Below, piece after piece: positions 50,360 through 63,275 of a DNA stretch of 64,000 bases; position 1 is the first letter of the stretch; each line of letters opens with the position of its first letter. Both the position numbers and the translations under genes were made by a program. Source of the stretch: Acanthaster planci (lineage: Eukaryota). The notes under the pieces are model-generated. The model saw only the letters and a list, made by a program, of their open reading frames with translations. It had not been told where the DNA came from and did no database searches. The DNA lies in the NCBI RefSeq assembly GCF_001949145.1, contig NW_019091357.1, forward strand, positions 4,054,228 through 4,118,227, in the 5' to 3' direction.

Positions 50360-50431
50360 GGGGACCCCGGGATTTGAACCGGGGTCCCCTGGCCTGGCAG
50401 CCAGCTAGCTAACCACCAGGCCACAGGCCTC
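50360..50431 (-). mobile_element. tRNA-derived SINE head / tRNA-like pseudogene
   Basis: Minus strand GGCCTGTGGCCTGGTGGTTAG (A box) ... GGGGACCCCGGTTCAAATCCCGGGGTCCCC (B box). Downstream sequence falls in the gap. Confidence 0.55.
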
Positions 50432-51344
50432 TTGATAGATAAGATTTCGGAACTTATATTTAAAGGTTAGGATTGCGCAATTTCAAGAAAGGTCAAAGGG
50501 CACAGCATATTTGCATGTATTTAAATAACAAAACAGAAATTTCAATATGTTAAAAGCAGAGAATATACAAAATCTTGTTATAAACATTAAAATTTGTCAA
50601 CTTTTCTGGATGAGTGGGGGCGCTACGGCTGTGATGTATTAAAAATCAGGGAATTCAGGCAGCCTTCAGTTCTTTTTTTCCTCTTTCCATTACCGTTGTG
50701 CGATAAAGGCAGTGTTCAGTTCTTTTTTTCCTATTTTTAATCATTGTGTGATTAATGCAGTGTTCCGTTCTTTTTTCCCTTCTATCTTTCCATTATCATT
50801 GGGTGATGTAGTAGGCTTCATGGAATTGTAATAGCGCCCTCTATGGTTGGTCAGCATTTCAAAGCAGAGCCTCTGATGCAGCAAACACGACGGAAATGCC
50901 TCCTGCCAGGATTGCTAGGAGAACCCAATTAACGTCATCAAGTTCTGTCAGTGTTAACCCTGAAGTTGCCGGGTTATTTTGCACCATCTCACAGCAGAGA
51001 TCTTGACCGTCCCAACCCCGATTTTTTTCAACACTCGGCATGCATGTAAAACACTCCTTATCAATGCAAATGTGGAGATTCAAATCAATTCGACACACAA
51101 CTTAAAGTGGATACGGTCATTTGAAGTTGAAGGTTACAAGCATACCAGCAACCATGTGCACTCAGCACAGCAGTTGAAAGTGCAGGTATGTTTTTCTTGG
51201 TTGACCTGTTTCGGGAATGTGGGTGCTGCATGAGAACAGTATATGCAATTTTCACAGAACTGCTTTTAAAGTGACTGTAAAAAGCTGCTATATGAAACTA
51301 AAGGCTTGGCTCATAAAAAATGGAAAAGTATGGCTGACCTCTTT

Positions 51345-51625
51345 CATGTGGCCAAGAGGTTAGGGTCTACAGTTTCCAATCATAGAGTTGGTGGTTCGAA
51401 TCCAGTTGCTGGCAGTATGTTGTGGCCCTTGGCAAGCCACTTCACCCCTGCTTGCCTCTCTCCACCCAGGAGTATAAATGGGTACCAGCATTAGCTGGCA
51501 AGCAACCTGTGATGGACTTGCATCCCATCCAGGGGGAAAAAGAAATGTTCTCAGTTGTTTCATGCCAAGGAAACCGCAATAAACACCGGCCTGATGAGCC
51601 AAATTGGCCCAAACCAGACTTGCTT
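51345..51625 (+). mobile_element. tRNA-derived SINE with conserved central domain
   Basis: GTGGCCAAGAGGTTAG (A box), GGTTCGAATCC (B box), central CCTTGGCAAGCCACTTCACC...CTCTCCACCCAGGAGTATAAATGGGTACC, tail CCTGTGATGGACTTGCATCCCATCCAGGGGG...CCGGCCTGATGAGCC. Confidence 0.8.
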
Positions 51626-51930
51626 TTTTGGGGCTGTTTCAGGAAAAAGGGGTGCTTGTAGCGTGAGCGATACATATATGTGCAATTTTCACAGAGTTGG
51701 TGTCAAAAAGACCACAAAAGAGTCACTGAAAAACTCCTGAAGGCTCAACAACTGTACTGTGGCGATATCAGAAAAAAATCTTGAGGGGGCAGATCTACTC
51801 CCTGGTTCTTTAAGGGTCAAATGAACACACACAATTAACTGCACAATGGTGATTGTTAAGTTGTCAAACCTGAAAGTGGTTTGGTTCAGGTAATAACTTA
51901 TGACCTGATTGGTTTGAGTGTCTATATTTG

Positions 51931-52676
51931 TGTTACACCCGGGGTAAACCTGCTGAAAGCTACCCTGGAGTGTATATTAATTTATCTCCAGTATTCTGTA
52001 AAGAATGAAAGCAATCACACACTAGCTGAGCTTGGTGTCGGGTCAATGTTCCACACTCCTCAAAGTCTGGAGATAGAATCACTATTTACGTTTATAATCA
52101 TTTGAAACAGTAACCATTAGGAAACAACACATCTTAAACACTTAAGTAGACATTATGAAATTCCCTATAGGTTGTGCAGTTAGTCTCCCAAAATCTTAAC
52201 ATGCTGACTTGAGTCTTTAAGTTGAGTTAAAATACACCACATCTGCATGGCTAAGCATAGTAAAATCAGGGAAGTCGTTTTCAAAAAGACCAATGTCGAA
52301 GCCTGACCACTATAGAAGGGGAAAGATACAGCCACATCCTTCAATCTGCTCACCTAGTGCACCTTACCAGTAAAATAGATGGAACATACCTGTGAAGAGT
52401 GACAGCAATCAGACACTGGTTGAGCTTGGTGTAGGGTCAATGTTCCGAACTCCTCAAAGTGTAGAGATAGAATGGTCCCAGAACAAAGGCTCCCACACCA
52501 ACCTTCCAGTGCCTGACAGACTTGAAAGTCTGTAGCTGTTTTCTGCTTAGAGAAAGCTTAACATAAAACAGTGGTTGTGTGGTCACAAAAAGTATGGGGG
52601 GGGTTGACAAAAAGGAAAATACCTTAGGCCATGACAAAAAGGAAGGGGGCTCCTCATCTTGCATGGGTCCTCTACA
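51931..52676 (-). repeat. Putative 3' LTR of the Gypsy element
   Basis: Minus strand ...GAAATTTTCCTGGAGAGAG|TGTAGAGG gives a polypurine tract then a TG start at 52676. Internal ~70-bp direct repeat at 52009-52079 / 52404-52473. Far end tentatively at TGTTACA (51931). Confidence 0.55.
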
Positions 52677-53458
52677 CTCTCTCCAGGAAAATTTCATGTT
52701 TCTTCTCAACATTAACACAAGCCTCCAATAACAAGTGACCATTTAGTCCATACTAATAATTCAGCAAGTGTCCTCCCAGCACCACATGTTGCTGAACATG
52801 AGGAACCCAAAGTCTTTGCTTGTGAAGTGCCTTGCATGCCACTGAGGGCTGGGTCCACAGTTACCATGATTACATTTACATCCACTGGGGTTACAACAAG
52901 GTGTAGTCATTGGAGTAGCCCACGGCATCAAGTTTTGTGGCCACATGGCACAGGGGGCAGGTCCTGTCATCAGGGGATGAGGCCACGACATCATTGGGTA
53001 TGGACAGGGTGGACCATTCCTCCAGTTAATGGTGTTGACCTCTCCTTGGTCCTGTTGTGACTCGCCTAACTGTTGATAGGTCAAATGCTGTGGGGGTTGT
53101 AGATGCCTCGTTGGGTAGCTGAGGTGCTCTGTGAATGCTGGGTCTGGACTCTCTCGAGCATCATGTGGCTTGCTGGTGTTCCTTAGTCCTGTTGCAACTG
53201 GTCCCAGTGTATTTAGTAGTCCAGCTGAGTTGATTGGTCTGGTCCATCCTGATGCAGCGGCTGGTTCCAGTGCATTGTCTGGACCCGGTATATCAGCTGG
53301 TTCCAGCACATACGCTGGTTCTGGTGCTTCAGCTGGTTCTGCTGCCTCGCGTGGTCCTGGTGCACTGGCTGGTCCCGGTGTGTCAGCTGGTTCTGGGGGG
53401 TCTGCTGGTGCAACGACACAAGCTGGGAGGCGGCCGTCCGCCGTAATGGGAGCACTGG

Positions 53459-54452
53459 CTAGAAGGGGGCCTCAGCTGGAAAGTGGGTGTCAGCTGGGCG
53501 GTGGGCATTGGCTGGAAAGTGGGCATCGGTTGGAAAGTGGGCACTGGCTAAAAAGGAGGCATCGGTATGACACTGTGCCACAAAGTGCCTGTCAGTTCCA
53601 TCCGTTCTCCTCTGGTTTGCAGCTGGAATAGAATCTTTTGCCTCATGGTTGAGAGGTTTTGTGCACCATTGTCTCCTCGGGGCAGGGACTTGGGGCACTT
53701 CAAGGGAGGACTGCTGTTTTGGTGTACAGACGAAGTCCACATACTCTTCATCAGATCTACTGGAGTTGACCTCTTCTAGTTTAGTGCTCTGGGCAGCTTG
53801 TATCTGTGTCCGTGGAGCTGGTCGGGGTGGTGGTTTCTTTGGTGCTTTCTCTTCCCCCACAATAAAATGGTTGCATGGCAACAACAGGTTTCTATGGAAA
53901 GTTCTTCTCCTTCCCTTTCCATTCTCAGGAACCAATTCGTACAAAGGAGAGTTGTCACCCAGTCGTCTCACTATGGAATGGACTTCTTTTTCCCAGAGGG
54001 CTCGGAGCTTGCCTGGTCCTCCAAATTCATTGAGGTTCTGCACTAGGGCTATGTCACCAGGTTGGAGGACACTGCCGTGCAACTTTCGATCATGGTTGGA
54101 TTAGGTGTATGACACATTCAGCCCCCAGGTGGCCCATCTCTTCGTGCAACTCTCTGTAAACCAGGCGGTGATACTTGCGAGGAAGAACAGTCTGGCACCT
54201 TCCGCCTGATCTACGTTGTAAGACTCCATCTTCATCTATGTTGAGCTTTTGCCAGTCACGAAGGAGAATAGTGGTGTCTGGGTGTCCCCTGATCCGGTCG
54301 AGTCTGCCCGGTTGCCATCTATTACTCGCATAATGGAGAACAGGACGAATAATGTCAACTGCTTCCTGAGCTGCCCTCAGCTCTGGCTTACTGACTTTCT
54401 CGATTGGAATCATCTCATCATCAGGGCCAGGTGGCACACCTGTGACTGCCAT
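53459..54452 (-). pseudogene. Gypsy integrase remnants (zinc-binding N-terminus and C-terminal domain; core absent)
   Basis: QTVLPRKYHRLVYRELHEEMGHLG followed almost directly by VLQPGDIALVQNLNEFGGPGKLRALWE...RTFHRNLLLPC. Confidence 0.85.
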
Positions 54453-54499
54453 TACCCAGGGTTAGAAGACTGACCCTTTCACAGCGATAGCCTGGATTG

Positions 54500-55704
54500 C
54501 AGCACTGATGTGATCAGTGGTAAACTCGCTGGTACACTGCATCATGTACTCATCAATATCCAAAGGGAGTCAAGACAGCACATAAGCATCTGCATTGTTT
54601 TGTCTGGGGCGGTACTTTATCTTAAAGTTAAAATCTGTGAGTTCCGCCACCCACTGTACCCTATAGCATTGAGTTTGGCTGAGGTGAGGATGTAGGTGAG
54701 TGGGTTATTGTCTGTGCACACAGTGAAGCTGGGTGCATGGTACAAGTAATCGCGAAAGCGCACAGTATTTAACCCACTTCAAAGCCAAGAACTCAAGTTT
54801 GCCAGAGTGTAGGTGGTAGTTCTTTCCGGCAGGGCTCAAAGTTTGTGATCATAGCTAATAACCTCTTTCTTGCTACCGTGTTCTTGGTAGAGTACTGCTT
54901 CTAATCCTTCATGGGGGGCATCTGTATGAAGGATGAATGGCCTTTCATGGTTTGGCAAACCCGTCACTGAAGGGGACATCAGACAATCCAGCAGGTGCTC
55001 CAAGATAGCCTGACGTTTATCTAACCAGGTGATTGTCTGTCGTGATGAGACCTGTGAGGCTTGGTTTTTCTTTGTCATTGTCCTAGATGATTTCCTTGAT
55101 TTCTCATTGCTCACTGAAGATAGATTGTCTCAGCCTGGCTTCTGTAGTAACTCGTAAAGTGTCTTGGTGATACGGGAAAAATTCTGAATGTACTGGTGGT
55201 AGTACCCCAACAGACCCAGCATCTTCCTTAACTCACCCACAGTACCTGGTTTCTTCTCACAGATTGACTCTACGGCTGCCACATCAGCTGGATCCACACT
55301 GTAGCCTTCACTCCAGACAAATATCCCAGGTAGTGGACCTCTTTCTGGAAAAAGCTGCATTTACTAGGTAAAGTAAGGTACTAGCCTTTCTCCTTCAACC
55401 GTTGCAAGACCCAACGAAGATGCTAGAGGTGACTTTCAAATGTATCGCCATAGACTAAGATGTCAACTGTGGAAAACCAGGAATTCCCACCAAGACTGTC
55501 AAGGACATCCTGGATTTGAAGGATTGGTTTCCTGTCCGGTACTGTCTTGCAGTTGAGTTCCCAGTAGTCGATACATAGCCGAAGTGACCAGTCCTTCTTT
55601 CTAACACACACTACTAGTGATAAATCTGGGGATTCAGACTTTGAGGCCCATCCTTGATTTATCAAATCTTGCAGGTCATCTTGGAGATGCATGTGCATAT
55701 TCAC
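54500..55704 (-). pseudogene. Gypsy reverse transcriptase and RNase H remnants
   Basis: SESPDLSLVVCVRKKDWSLRLCIDYWELN, DILVYGDTFESHL, LRKMLGLLGYYHQYIQNFSRI, PFILHTDAPHEGLEAVLYQ, and FTVCTDNNPLTY on the minus strand near 54690-54730. Confidence 0.9.
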
Positions 55705-55935
55705 AGGTCCTTAATGCATCCCAAATCGTTGTCATCTTTGACAAATGCTCCTGCCTCCTCCTTCAACATCTGGTTTACTAGAGAGCACTCCTATTCAGTA
55801 AGGTGGCTCAGATCAACTGGAGGGACCCATTCAGTGCTGCTGTCTGTACTCATGGCAGACCTGACTGTACTTCGGCTGGTGAGAGTTCTGTAGCTTGTTG
55901 ATAGGGCAGGATCTCATCAACAGTGAACACAGTAC

Positions 55936-56650
55936 CTAAGGGGTGCATTTTCTCAGAACAGCATCATCGTTGGCTATGAGAATGGAGACCTTGCAGGAGG
56001 AACTACCAAGCTTGATCACCAATGGCTGAGGCTGGAGTTTACCCGGGAAAGGTGTTGTCGGATCCAGCTCAAAGAGAACTACCGCGCCCCTTATGAAGTT
56101 GCCGGGGTGTGCAAGGTATGACACTTCTGTGACACTTCTCTTGGGGATTACAACATCACTCCTTCCCACTGACACACTGCAGACTGTGCAACTCCTCCTG
56201 AATGAGGTAGACAGTTCCCGCTTTGCCATTGATGGGAACACTGCTGCAACAGCTTGCACTGGATTTGAATGGAGAAGAGTCATTTTCACAAACTCTTCGA
56301 TCACACTGTAGCCAATGATGGGGACACTGGTGGTTACTTGGGTGACTAACACCAGTGCTCTAATTGGTGGGTTGTGGTCTGCTAATTTGAAGGCGACTTC
56401 AAGCCATCCGTCAAAGGAATGAGCCATTTGTTGCAGTGAGGTTGTCTGTTGCAAGGAGTTCTGACAGGGGCTGTATCCGCAAGTATGGACTGTTGGCCAT
56501 CTTCCAGTCATTGAGGATGATTGACACTTGGGCTCTGGTATCCCACAATGCCCTTGTCTTTATTCCTTCAATCCAGCAATTCACTAGACATCTCTCGCCC
56601 ATAAATTGAGTGTTTTTTTGTCTGTTTTGACGCCGACATGCAACAAACAT
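55936..56650 (-). pseudogene. Gypsy aspartic protease region remnant
   Basis: RCLVNCWIEGIKTRALWDTRAQVSII (DTG motif mutated to DTR), with PIIGYSVI downstream. Confidence 0.8.
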
Positions 56651-56679
56651 GGGACTTCACCACTATTGGATGAATGGTT

Positions 56680-58010
56680 ACTGATCGTCCCGCTGCGGTA
56701 ACCACTGATCGTTTCCCGACTGTTGACCCCTAGACTGGCAACATCCCTGAGCAAAACGCTGCCTGTAGCCACACCAGTAACAGTGATCACACAGGTCCCC
56801 GTTTTCCCGTTGCTGGCAGTCGGGACAGCCTCTTTCTTGTCTGGTTGTTTTGCAATTGTTGGTGATTGCTTGGCTGTCCCTGGTCCTGCTCCCGTTGATG
56901 GGCTCGGGACTGACATGGGTGAAGGGCATCCTGCAGTGTTGTAAGCCGTCTCTTGAGGTCAGCAATCTCAGCAATGCCGGCCGTTACTTCAGCAAGGTCT
57001 GTCATCAGAGTCCCTGGCTTGGGTTTCCTCTTGTCCGCTTTGTCCAATGGGCTTTATTCCACAACTTCGATGGAGATGGGTTTTGGCTGGGCTAACTTCT
57101 CTCGGCGTTCAGCCTCATTACTTGCTGCTGTGTTCAGCTTCTCAAGGATGATTTCATCTGTGGTCATGGGGTCTAAAAGAAAGGGCCGCATCTCAGTCCT
57201 CACTGTATCATTTCTCAGGCCTGTTAATGCAGCATGTTGAAACATGCTCTGAACCAGGGGCAAGTCGTATTTCAGGCCAGACCAATTCTCCTGGCTCACA
57301 AAGGCGACCCTCTTCCGTAGGTCAAAAGCTTGCACCAAGAAACTCGGCGCTGCTTCTTTGTGATCTTGGGCTAGATGCAAGAGTTGGTGGTAGAGCTCGG
57401 TAGCATCTTTTTCTTGGTAGTGTGACCGAAGTAGGTGCCAGAGGCTCGGTAGTGTCAGCTTGGTCCTCCCTTCAAGGTAGCTGCGGAGGGCAGATCCGGG
57501 TATGGCAGCACAGATCACAGCCTCAACAATTTCCAGCTTGCTGTGACCCTTGACATGGCCACTCTTAATCTGGTGTTCCAGGCATGAAAACAATAAACGG
57601 TCTCGCTGACCGGGCTCGCCAATCTGACCCGATATTTTTAATTCTCGCTGAGTAAGGGCCATCAATCCGGGTTTTATGTCAGGGTGGGGCGTGGCAATGG
57701 GCGTTGGGCGCGGCCTTTGCGGTCATCAGTGCTTGTGGTTTGTCTGGCGTCACCTCTGTCAAATGCTGAAGAAAAGCCTGAATATCAAAATAGGTTGCTG
57801 TTCCCTCATCCTCTTGTTCCTCTAGCTCTTCCCTCAGAAGATGACAATGTACTTTGTGGACGAGGGACTTTGCACTGTTATCCCTCTCTGCCACATCTTG
57901 AAAACCTGGCAAGCCCAGGTGATGGCAAATTCAAAGTAGTGGGGCCTGTGAGAGCAAACCTGCTGCAGTTATGCTGCCACGGCTCTTGCGGTGTCTTCTC
58001 CATCTTGATG
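56680..58010 (-). pseudogene. Gypsy gag-like remnant
   Basis: RELKISGQIGEPGQRDRLLF...LRSYLEG...LRSHYQEKDATELYHQL, with a Cys/His cluster CPDC...CDHCYWCG upstream of the protease. Confidence 0.8.
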
Positions 58011-58581
58011 GGCCAATAGTATGCACGCTCGGTTTGAACTCACTAAGTTGGTCCCCTCCTTCAATACCCCTGCCCTCGGCTATGGCTACTCACCTCACTC
58101 AGCTGTTGCCCGCCTCACATCAAACCACACGGGTCCACTACATTGTCAGACAAGTGAATGTCATTGGTTCCACTCTCACTACCATCTCTGCTTCTATCTA
58201 CTTGCCAACAAGTGCTGTAACAATAAAGAAAAAGATAACTGGACTGGAGAAATAGAAAGGCCTCATTTTTGTCAATTAATATGACGATTCCAAAGCGATT
58301 TTCATAATTAAAACAAACACAATACATGTATATAACCCCAAATGTTCAGGGTTGTTTGGCTAGAAACCCTGCCAGACACATCAGTCTGCATCATTTGTCA
58401 AAGTAATTTTCTGGCCCAGTGCAACAAGATCCTACAGGTCAACTATCTCCAAGGCCAAACAGCCAGGGAGTCTGTGGTTGCCAGCCACCACAAGAGCCAA
58501 CAGTGGCATTGTTGAGACCAGCTCCCATTGTCTCAACCAGTTTGTTGGGCTGCTGTTGATTGCCCAGTGCATCAAAAGGCA

Positions 58582-58785
58582 TGTTCCCATTGGACTTTTT
58601 TTGTTAACTTACTGCGACTTTCCTGTAAAATTAAAAAATTTAATCCAATGGGAACATACGGTAAACTAACGTTCCTGTCAACTCGCCACGATTGCGATAT
58701 AAAACTAACAGGCCAAAAAGGGTCGTGGAAGATTTCCACGCAGCCATGGTAAGTTAGCAGGGGCGCAAAAAGTCCAATGGGAACA
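58582..58785. mobile_element. Short inverted-repeat element (MITE-like)
   Basis: TGTTCCCATTGGACTTTT ... AAAAGTCCAATGGGAACA with an internal third TCCAATGGGAACA. No TSD seen. Confidence 0.6.
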
Positions 58786-61700
58786 GTTCCCATACAATGT
58801 AGATTGACTGCGACCATGCTAAACACACGAACCAGACTACTGCCTACACAGACAAAATGGTTGTATGGTTCCCAGCCTCCTGCTCTATGCATACAGTACA
58901 ATACAGCAGCATGCCGCGCACACACAGTGAGGCATGCCCAGATAATCAGCTGGTCTCATTAGGCCTAACACAGCGAATAAACATTCTGCTACAATTAAAA
59001 AAGTCCATGTGGAAATGAATGGTAGATTGACATGACGGAATGTCACGGTAAGTTTCTGTGTACCCGTGGAAGAAAAAGCCCAACGGGAACACGGCTATCG
59101 TACATCAGACTTTTACATCTGCTGCAGATTGTTGCATCTGGCGAGTTTTGGGTCAAGGTCAGTGTTTGCAAAGTGATGCATGCAGTTTTTACCATTTTTT
59201 AAAAACTCCTCTTCTAAAGGTTGCAGACTGCTGGCCCTCTTTGATTCCACAATCTGACCGTTTTGCTTGGACCTTTATCAATGTTCCAAGAGCAGATATT
59301 ATGACACTAAGGGGCTTGATCTGTGAAATCAAAACAATCGTAAAATGATTTAACTAATTCACCATTTATAATTAAAAAACTTTCTTTTTGCAAGACAAAT
59401 ATTAATTTCCACGTTGCTATTTTTAAGGAGCTGCCAAAAATTGTTGTGGATTTCATCAGTAAATGTGGGGGAAAATTACACCCCAAGACAGGTTTACCGT
59501 CGGTCATGTTCTCAGCCAGAAAATATTTGTCATCATGTCTACAAAGTGTATAACATCCGGCACTGAGCAGTCTCTTTAGTTTTTAATTTAGCTCTCACAG
59601 AAATTAACAAAGAACCTTATATTTTCTTTGATGGCTGCACCAAGTGGCAACTTCAAGTTTATATTAAATAAGGAAAGATTTTCAGCTGAAGCAGATACAT
59701 TATTCAATTTATGCCTGATCTTCCTGACCCTATCGGGAAGGGGAAAGGTTATCTCCCCCCTCCTACACACACAGTGACATAATTTCTTCCATCACAGCCC
59801 CCTTCCCCCTTCAAAAACTTCTGCCCCTCTTTTTTTCCTTCATGGGTGGAGGGTGAAGCCACCTCAGCTGCTTAATTGCGATCAAATCAGAAGGGTTAGC
59901 AGGTGTCAATTACATGTACGTGTGCATGAGCATGATGTCATATCCAGACTTACATGTATCCATCATTCAGTTATCTCTTACCTGATTGGCACGTGTGTAT
60001 GCAGCATCAAAGTGTGCCAATCCAATGCAGGTGTATAGGGTGCATTCGATTACATGGCAGGCCTGGGAAAAAAAGCAAGCTATCACAGTAAGAGAAACTC
60101 AAACTAACTGAAGAATCATCAACGGCAAAGTAGCAGGGAATCGAATCAATAGGGACTCACACACCAATGCTACATGTAAGTATCAAAACCCCAAAAACTG
60201 ATCAACCCTTAAAAAAATGACCAAACTGAAAAATTAAATAAGACTTGAAAACCATGAACTAAAGTTTAACCAAAAAAAGAGCTGGGGTGGGCTGTGGAAT
60301 CACAGATCAGCCAAAACTTTTTATTTCTCCACTGCCGTGATCAATGTACATGTAGGCGGGCCGGCACATGCAGTGTGTGAAGTCTTGAACTTCAAATGAC
60401 CATCATAACAAAACAATATTTATTACAAAATGAAGCATAGGATGGCTGAGTCACAGTGCCAGCTGTGACAAGTCACATGGTCCAAAATAACCCGGCTTTT
60501 TTTAGCATTCACCAGCACAGTGTGTCAGAACTTATAAGAATACATGTACATGTACACTCAGACTTTAATCACCGACTCTAGCAGACAGGACTCAAGCAGA
60601 AAACCACACTCCAGTTACGCGGAACAATACATGACGTGAACATGTAAGTTGATCTCTGCTGATATCTGCTTCACTGAGTATCATGGTCACACTACATGTA
60701 TGAGGCCAAATTAAATACAAGGAATTTGCAAAAGTTTTAAGACCACCTGGAATTTTGTTGGTATTTCTGTCACTGGGCCTGCATTACATTGTCTCATTGA
60801 ATGGTTCATAACATCACTGTATTACTGCTATCTGTATACCCATTTGAAAGAATTTTTTTTGCAAAGGCAGGTCTTGTATGATATTTTGTCTGTAAGACAC
60901 GTGGGTAAAAAAAAGGTAATCAGAAAAAAGGAGGGCACACTAGAAAATTAGATTGTTAACATTTCAAATAGCTGTTTGACCAAGATACGAAGGTTACACA
61001 CTGAAAACAAACATAAGTTGCCATGATTGGTTGGTTTGAGTTTGGTTTTTCTTCAGGTTGGTGCACTTTGTATGAGTGGTCCTAAACTTGTGCAATGACT
61101 GTACTGGTATACTACACACTTTTACAGGCACAAAAGCCTAAGGGAAGCTACTCTGATGTTAAAAATAGATTCATTCGAACACATGAATGTGTGTGGTGTA
61201 CAGTAATTAACGTTCTCAGAGATCACCACAACTGCTGATGTCTGGAGCTGTACATGTTCACTGTCAGTGAAGATCTTGAGCAAATCATAGTTGTAACAAA
61301 ATTATGCTATCAAGATGACAAATAATGCACCAACAGGCATGATGGTCAGGAATTCACCATTTGGGCAAATTGAACATGATAATCTGCTGGGTGAATTAAT
61401 CAAAAAGGCAACTGAGAAATACCTGTATGTGGTTGATACAGCTCATGGCCGGGGAGCTTTATCCCAATGTTTAAGCCTTCCTCCTTTTGTTTCTAGTTTA
61501 GGAGTAGGGCCACGTATAGGGAGGTATAGTCCACTAGCCTGGCTCTAATGAAGTGGAGTCTCGATGTTTCCTCGATGTTTCCTTGACTTTCCTCATGCAT
61601 CACTGCCAAACCTCTTTGCTGAAAAGCTTTGAATTCATTCAGTTACAGTAAATAATGATATTATAACTTCAAAATACATGCTACTGATCACCTCTGTTAA

Positions 61701-62534
61701 CAATTTTGGTGTCATGAAATTTCAAAATCTGAAATTCAAAAGCGACAGCCTTTAGAAATTGGCACAAATTCAGCAAACTGTTCCCTATTTGTGATACACT
61801 TGAACAAATCTCTGAAAATCCCACATCCCACATAAGATGTTCTTCAAAGTTGATACATGTAACTTCTCATTTTACCCCTAGATATACATGCATGTACACA
61901 CTTATTTTCAGAAAAGTAGGCGTAACGTTAGTTTCTTCACCATGGGTACATTTTCAAAGTGTTCATTTTGCACTTCAAAAAAAATTAAAAATGGAAATCA
62001 GGTCAATAGACCTACGTGTACATACAGTACATGATTGATGTGATTGCAAAGGGTTTGGAACTCAGTACAATACACAGTGACAGTAGCAAGTGTGTGAACT
62101 CGGCATTTTGTCATGTATGATGCAGGCCTACGTAGGCCTACATGATCATGGATGTAGGCCTATTGAAAGGTAGACCCATAAAAAGGGTCCTCCGTCATAT
62201 ACTGGGCTCTGTCCCAATTCATAGGGATTTCTTTCGAAAAACTTTATTTGGGATATCCAGGGGCATAACCAAACATCCGCTTGATTTTATGAGCTGAAAT
62301 TGCACCGGTATGTACTTACAGGGTAAACCATGTAGGTTGCTAATTGCAGAAAACTTGCCTTTTCCTCGTTTGGAGGAAAACATGTTGCCTTGTTGTTGCC
62401 GCTTTCCCACTTCAGTTGAATTTTGCCCACTTGCACAACGCTGACAGCTGTTTCGTCACTTTCGTGTCACGTCACAGAGTGCGCGCCACACTACCAATGA
62501 TTGGCTGTAAGCAGCATGTGACTAGACAAGGAAC

Positions 62535-63275
62535 CAGCCAAGGGCATTGCATATTAGCTGCACATGTCAGTATAGGACTATATGTGAATATAGTGTACAT
62601 GCAATGTTAGAATTCTGGAAATACTTATATGTCAAAGTTTGACAGTCCAGCAAGATTTTCAGTCATGCTGCAGCCATGTGCCTGCCTTCCAGAGTTGACA
62701 AGGCCAAGTTGACCTGAGACGGAGTTGACTCGGAGTGAGTTGATTCCAGACCAAGTTGGCGACTTCACACCGACTCTGATGAGTATACAGTGTGTGTACA
62801 TTAATTGCCATGTTTCCCTGGACCATATCCGAATCTTTAAAAAGGCAATTCGTCGAGTCTAAGTTGCTCAGCCTATCAATATTATGGACTGATCATCATC
62901 CTGATGCAGTCACGTCAAATGTCATTTCAAAAATTCCAATGTGCACAGCATGCCGAAGTGAGGCGGGCAAGTAGTAAGAAAACTTTATTTTTTACCTTGT
63001 TGGGCTTATATGGGATGGCCTAGAAAGTAGAAAGTATTACAGCTGCATGTCAGCACATCATGTCATCACACTGTACCGAACGACTTGCTTGGGAAGGATA
63101 AACAATTTGCAAGGTGTGTGCAAAATCTATGCATAGGCCTATACTATATAGGCCTATTGACTACTGTAGTATAACTTTAAAGTTACTCATGTCAGGAGCC
63201 AGAAATGGGCCATGTAGCCTACATGTAATGTATTGTAGGCATGCCTAACTTTGGTCACAGTTGATTGATCCTAGG
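62535..63275 (-). repeat. Right arm of long inverted repeat (pairs with 36355-36965)
   Basis: Reverse-complement similarity to 36355-36965 with indels. Confidence 0.85.

Larger units (their letters stand above)
51931..58010 (-). mobile_element. Degenerate, internally deleted Ty3/Gypsy LTR retrotransposon
   Basis: Minus-strand order gag - protease - RT - RNase H - integrase - PPT - LTR, broken by stops and frameshifts. No matching 5' LTR found. Left boundary approximate. Confidence 0.9.

Noticed and set aside
53131..53631. 166-aa Gly/Ala/Ser-rich + strand ORF
   Set aside because: Antisense shadow of the 18-bp repeats in the Gypsy 3' region.
58200..58600. Expected 5' LTR and primer-binding site of the Gypsy element
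   Set aside because: No similarity to 51931-52676 and no clear tRNA-complementary PBS found by eye.
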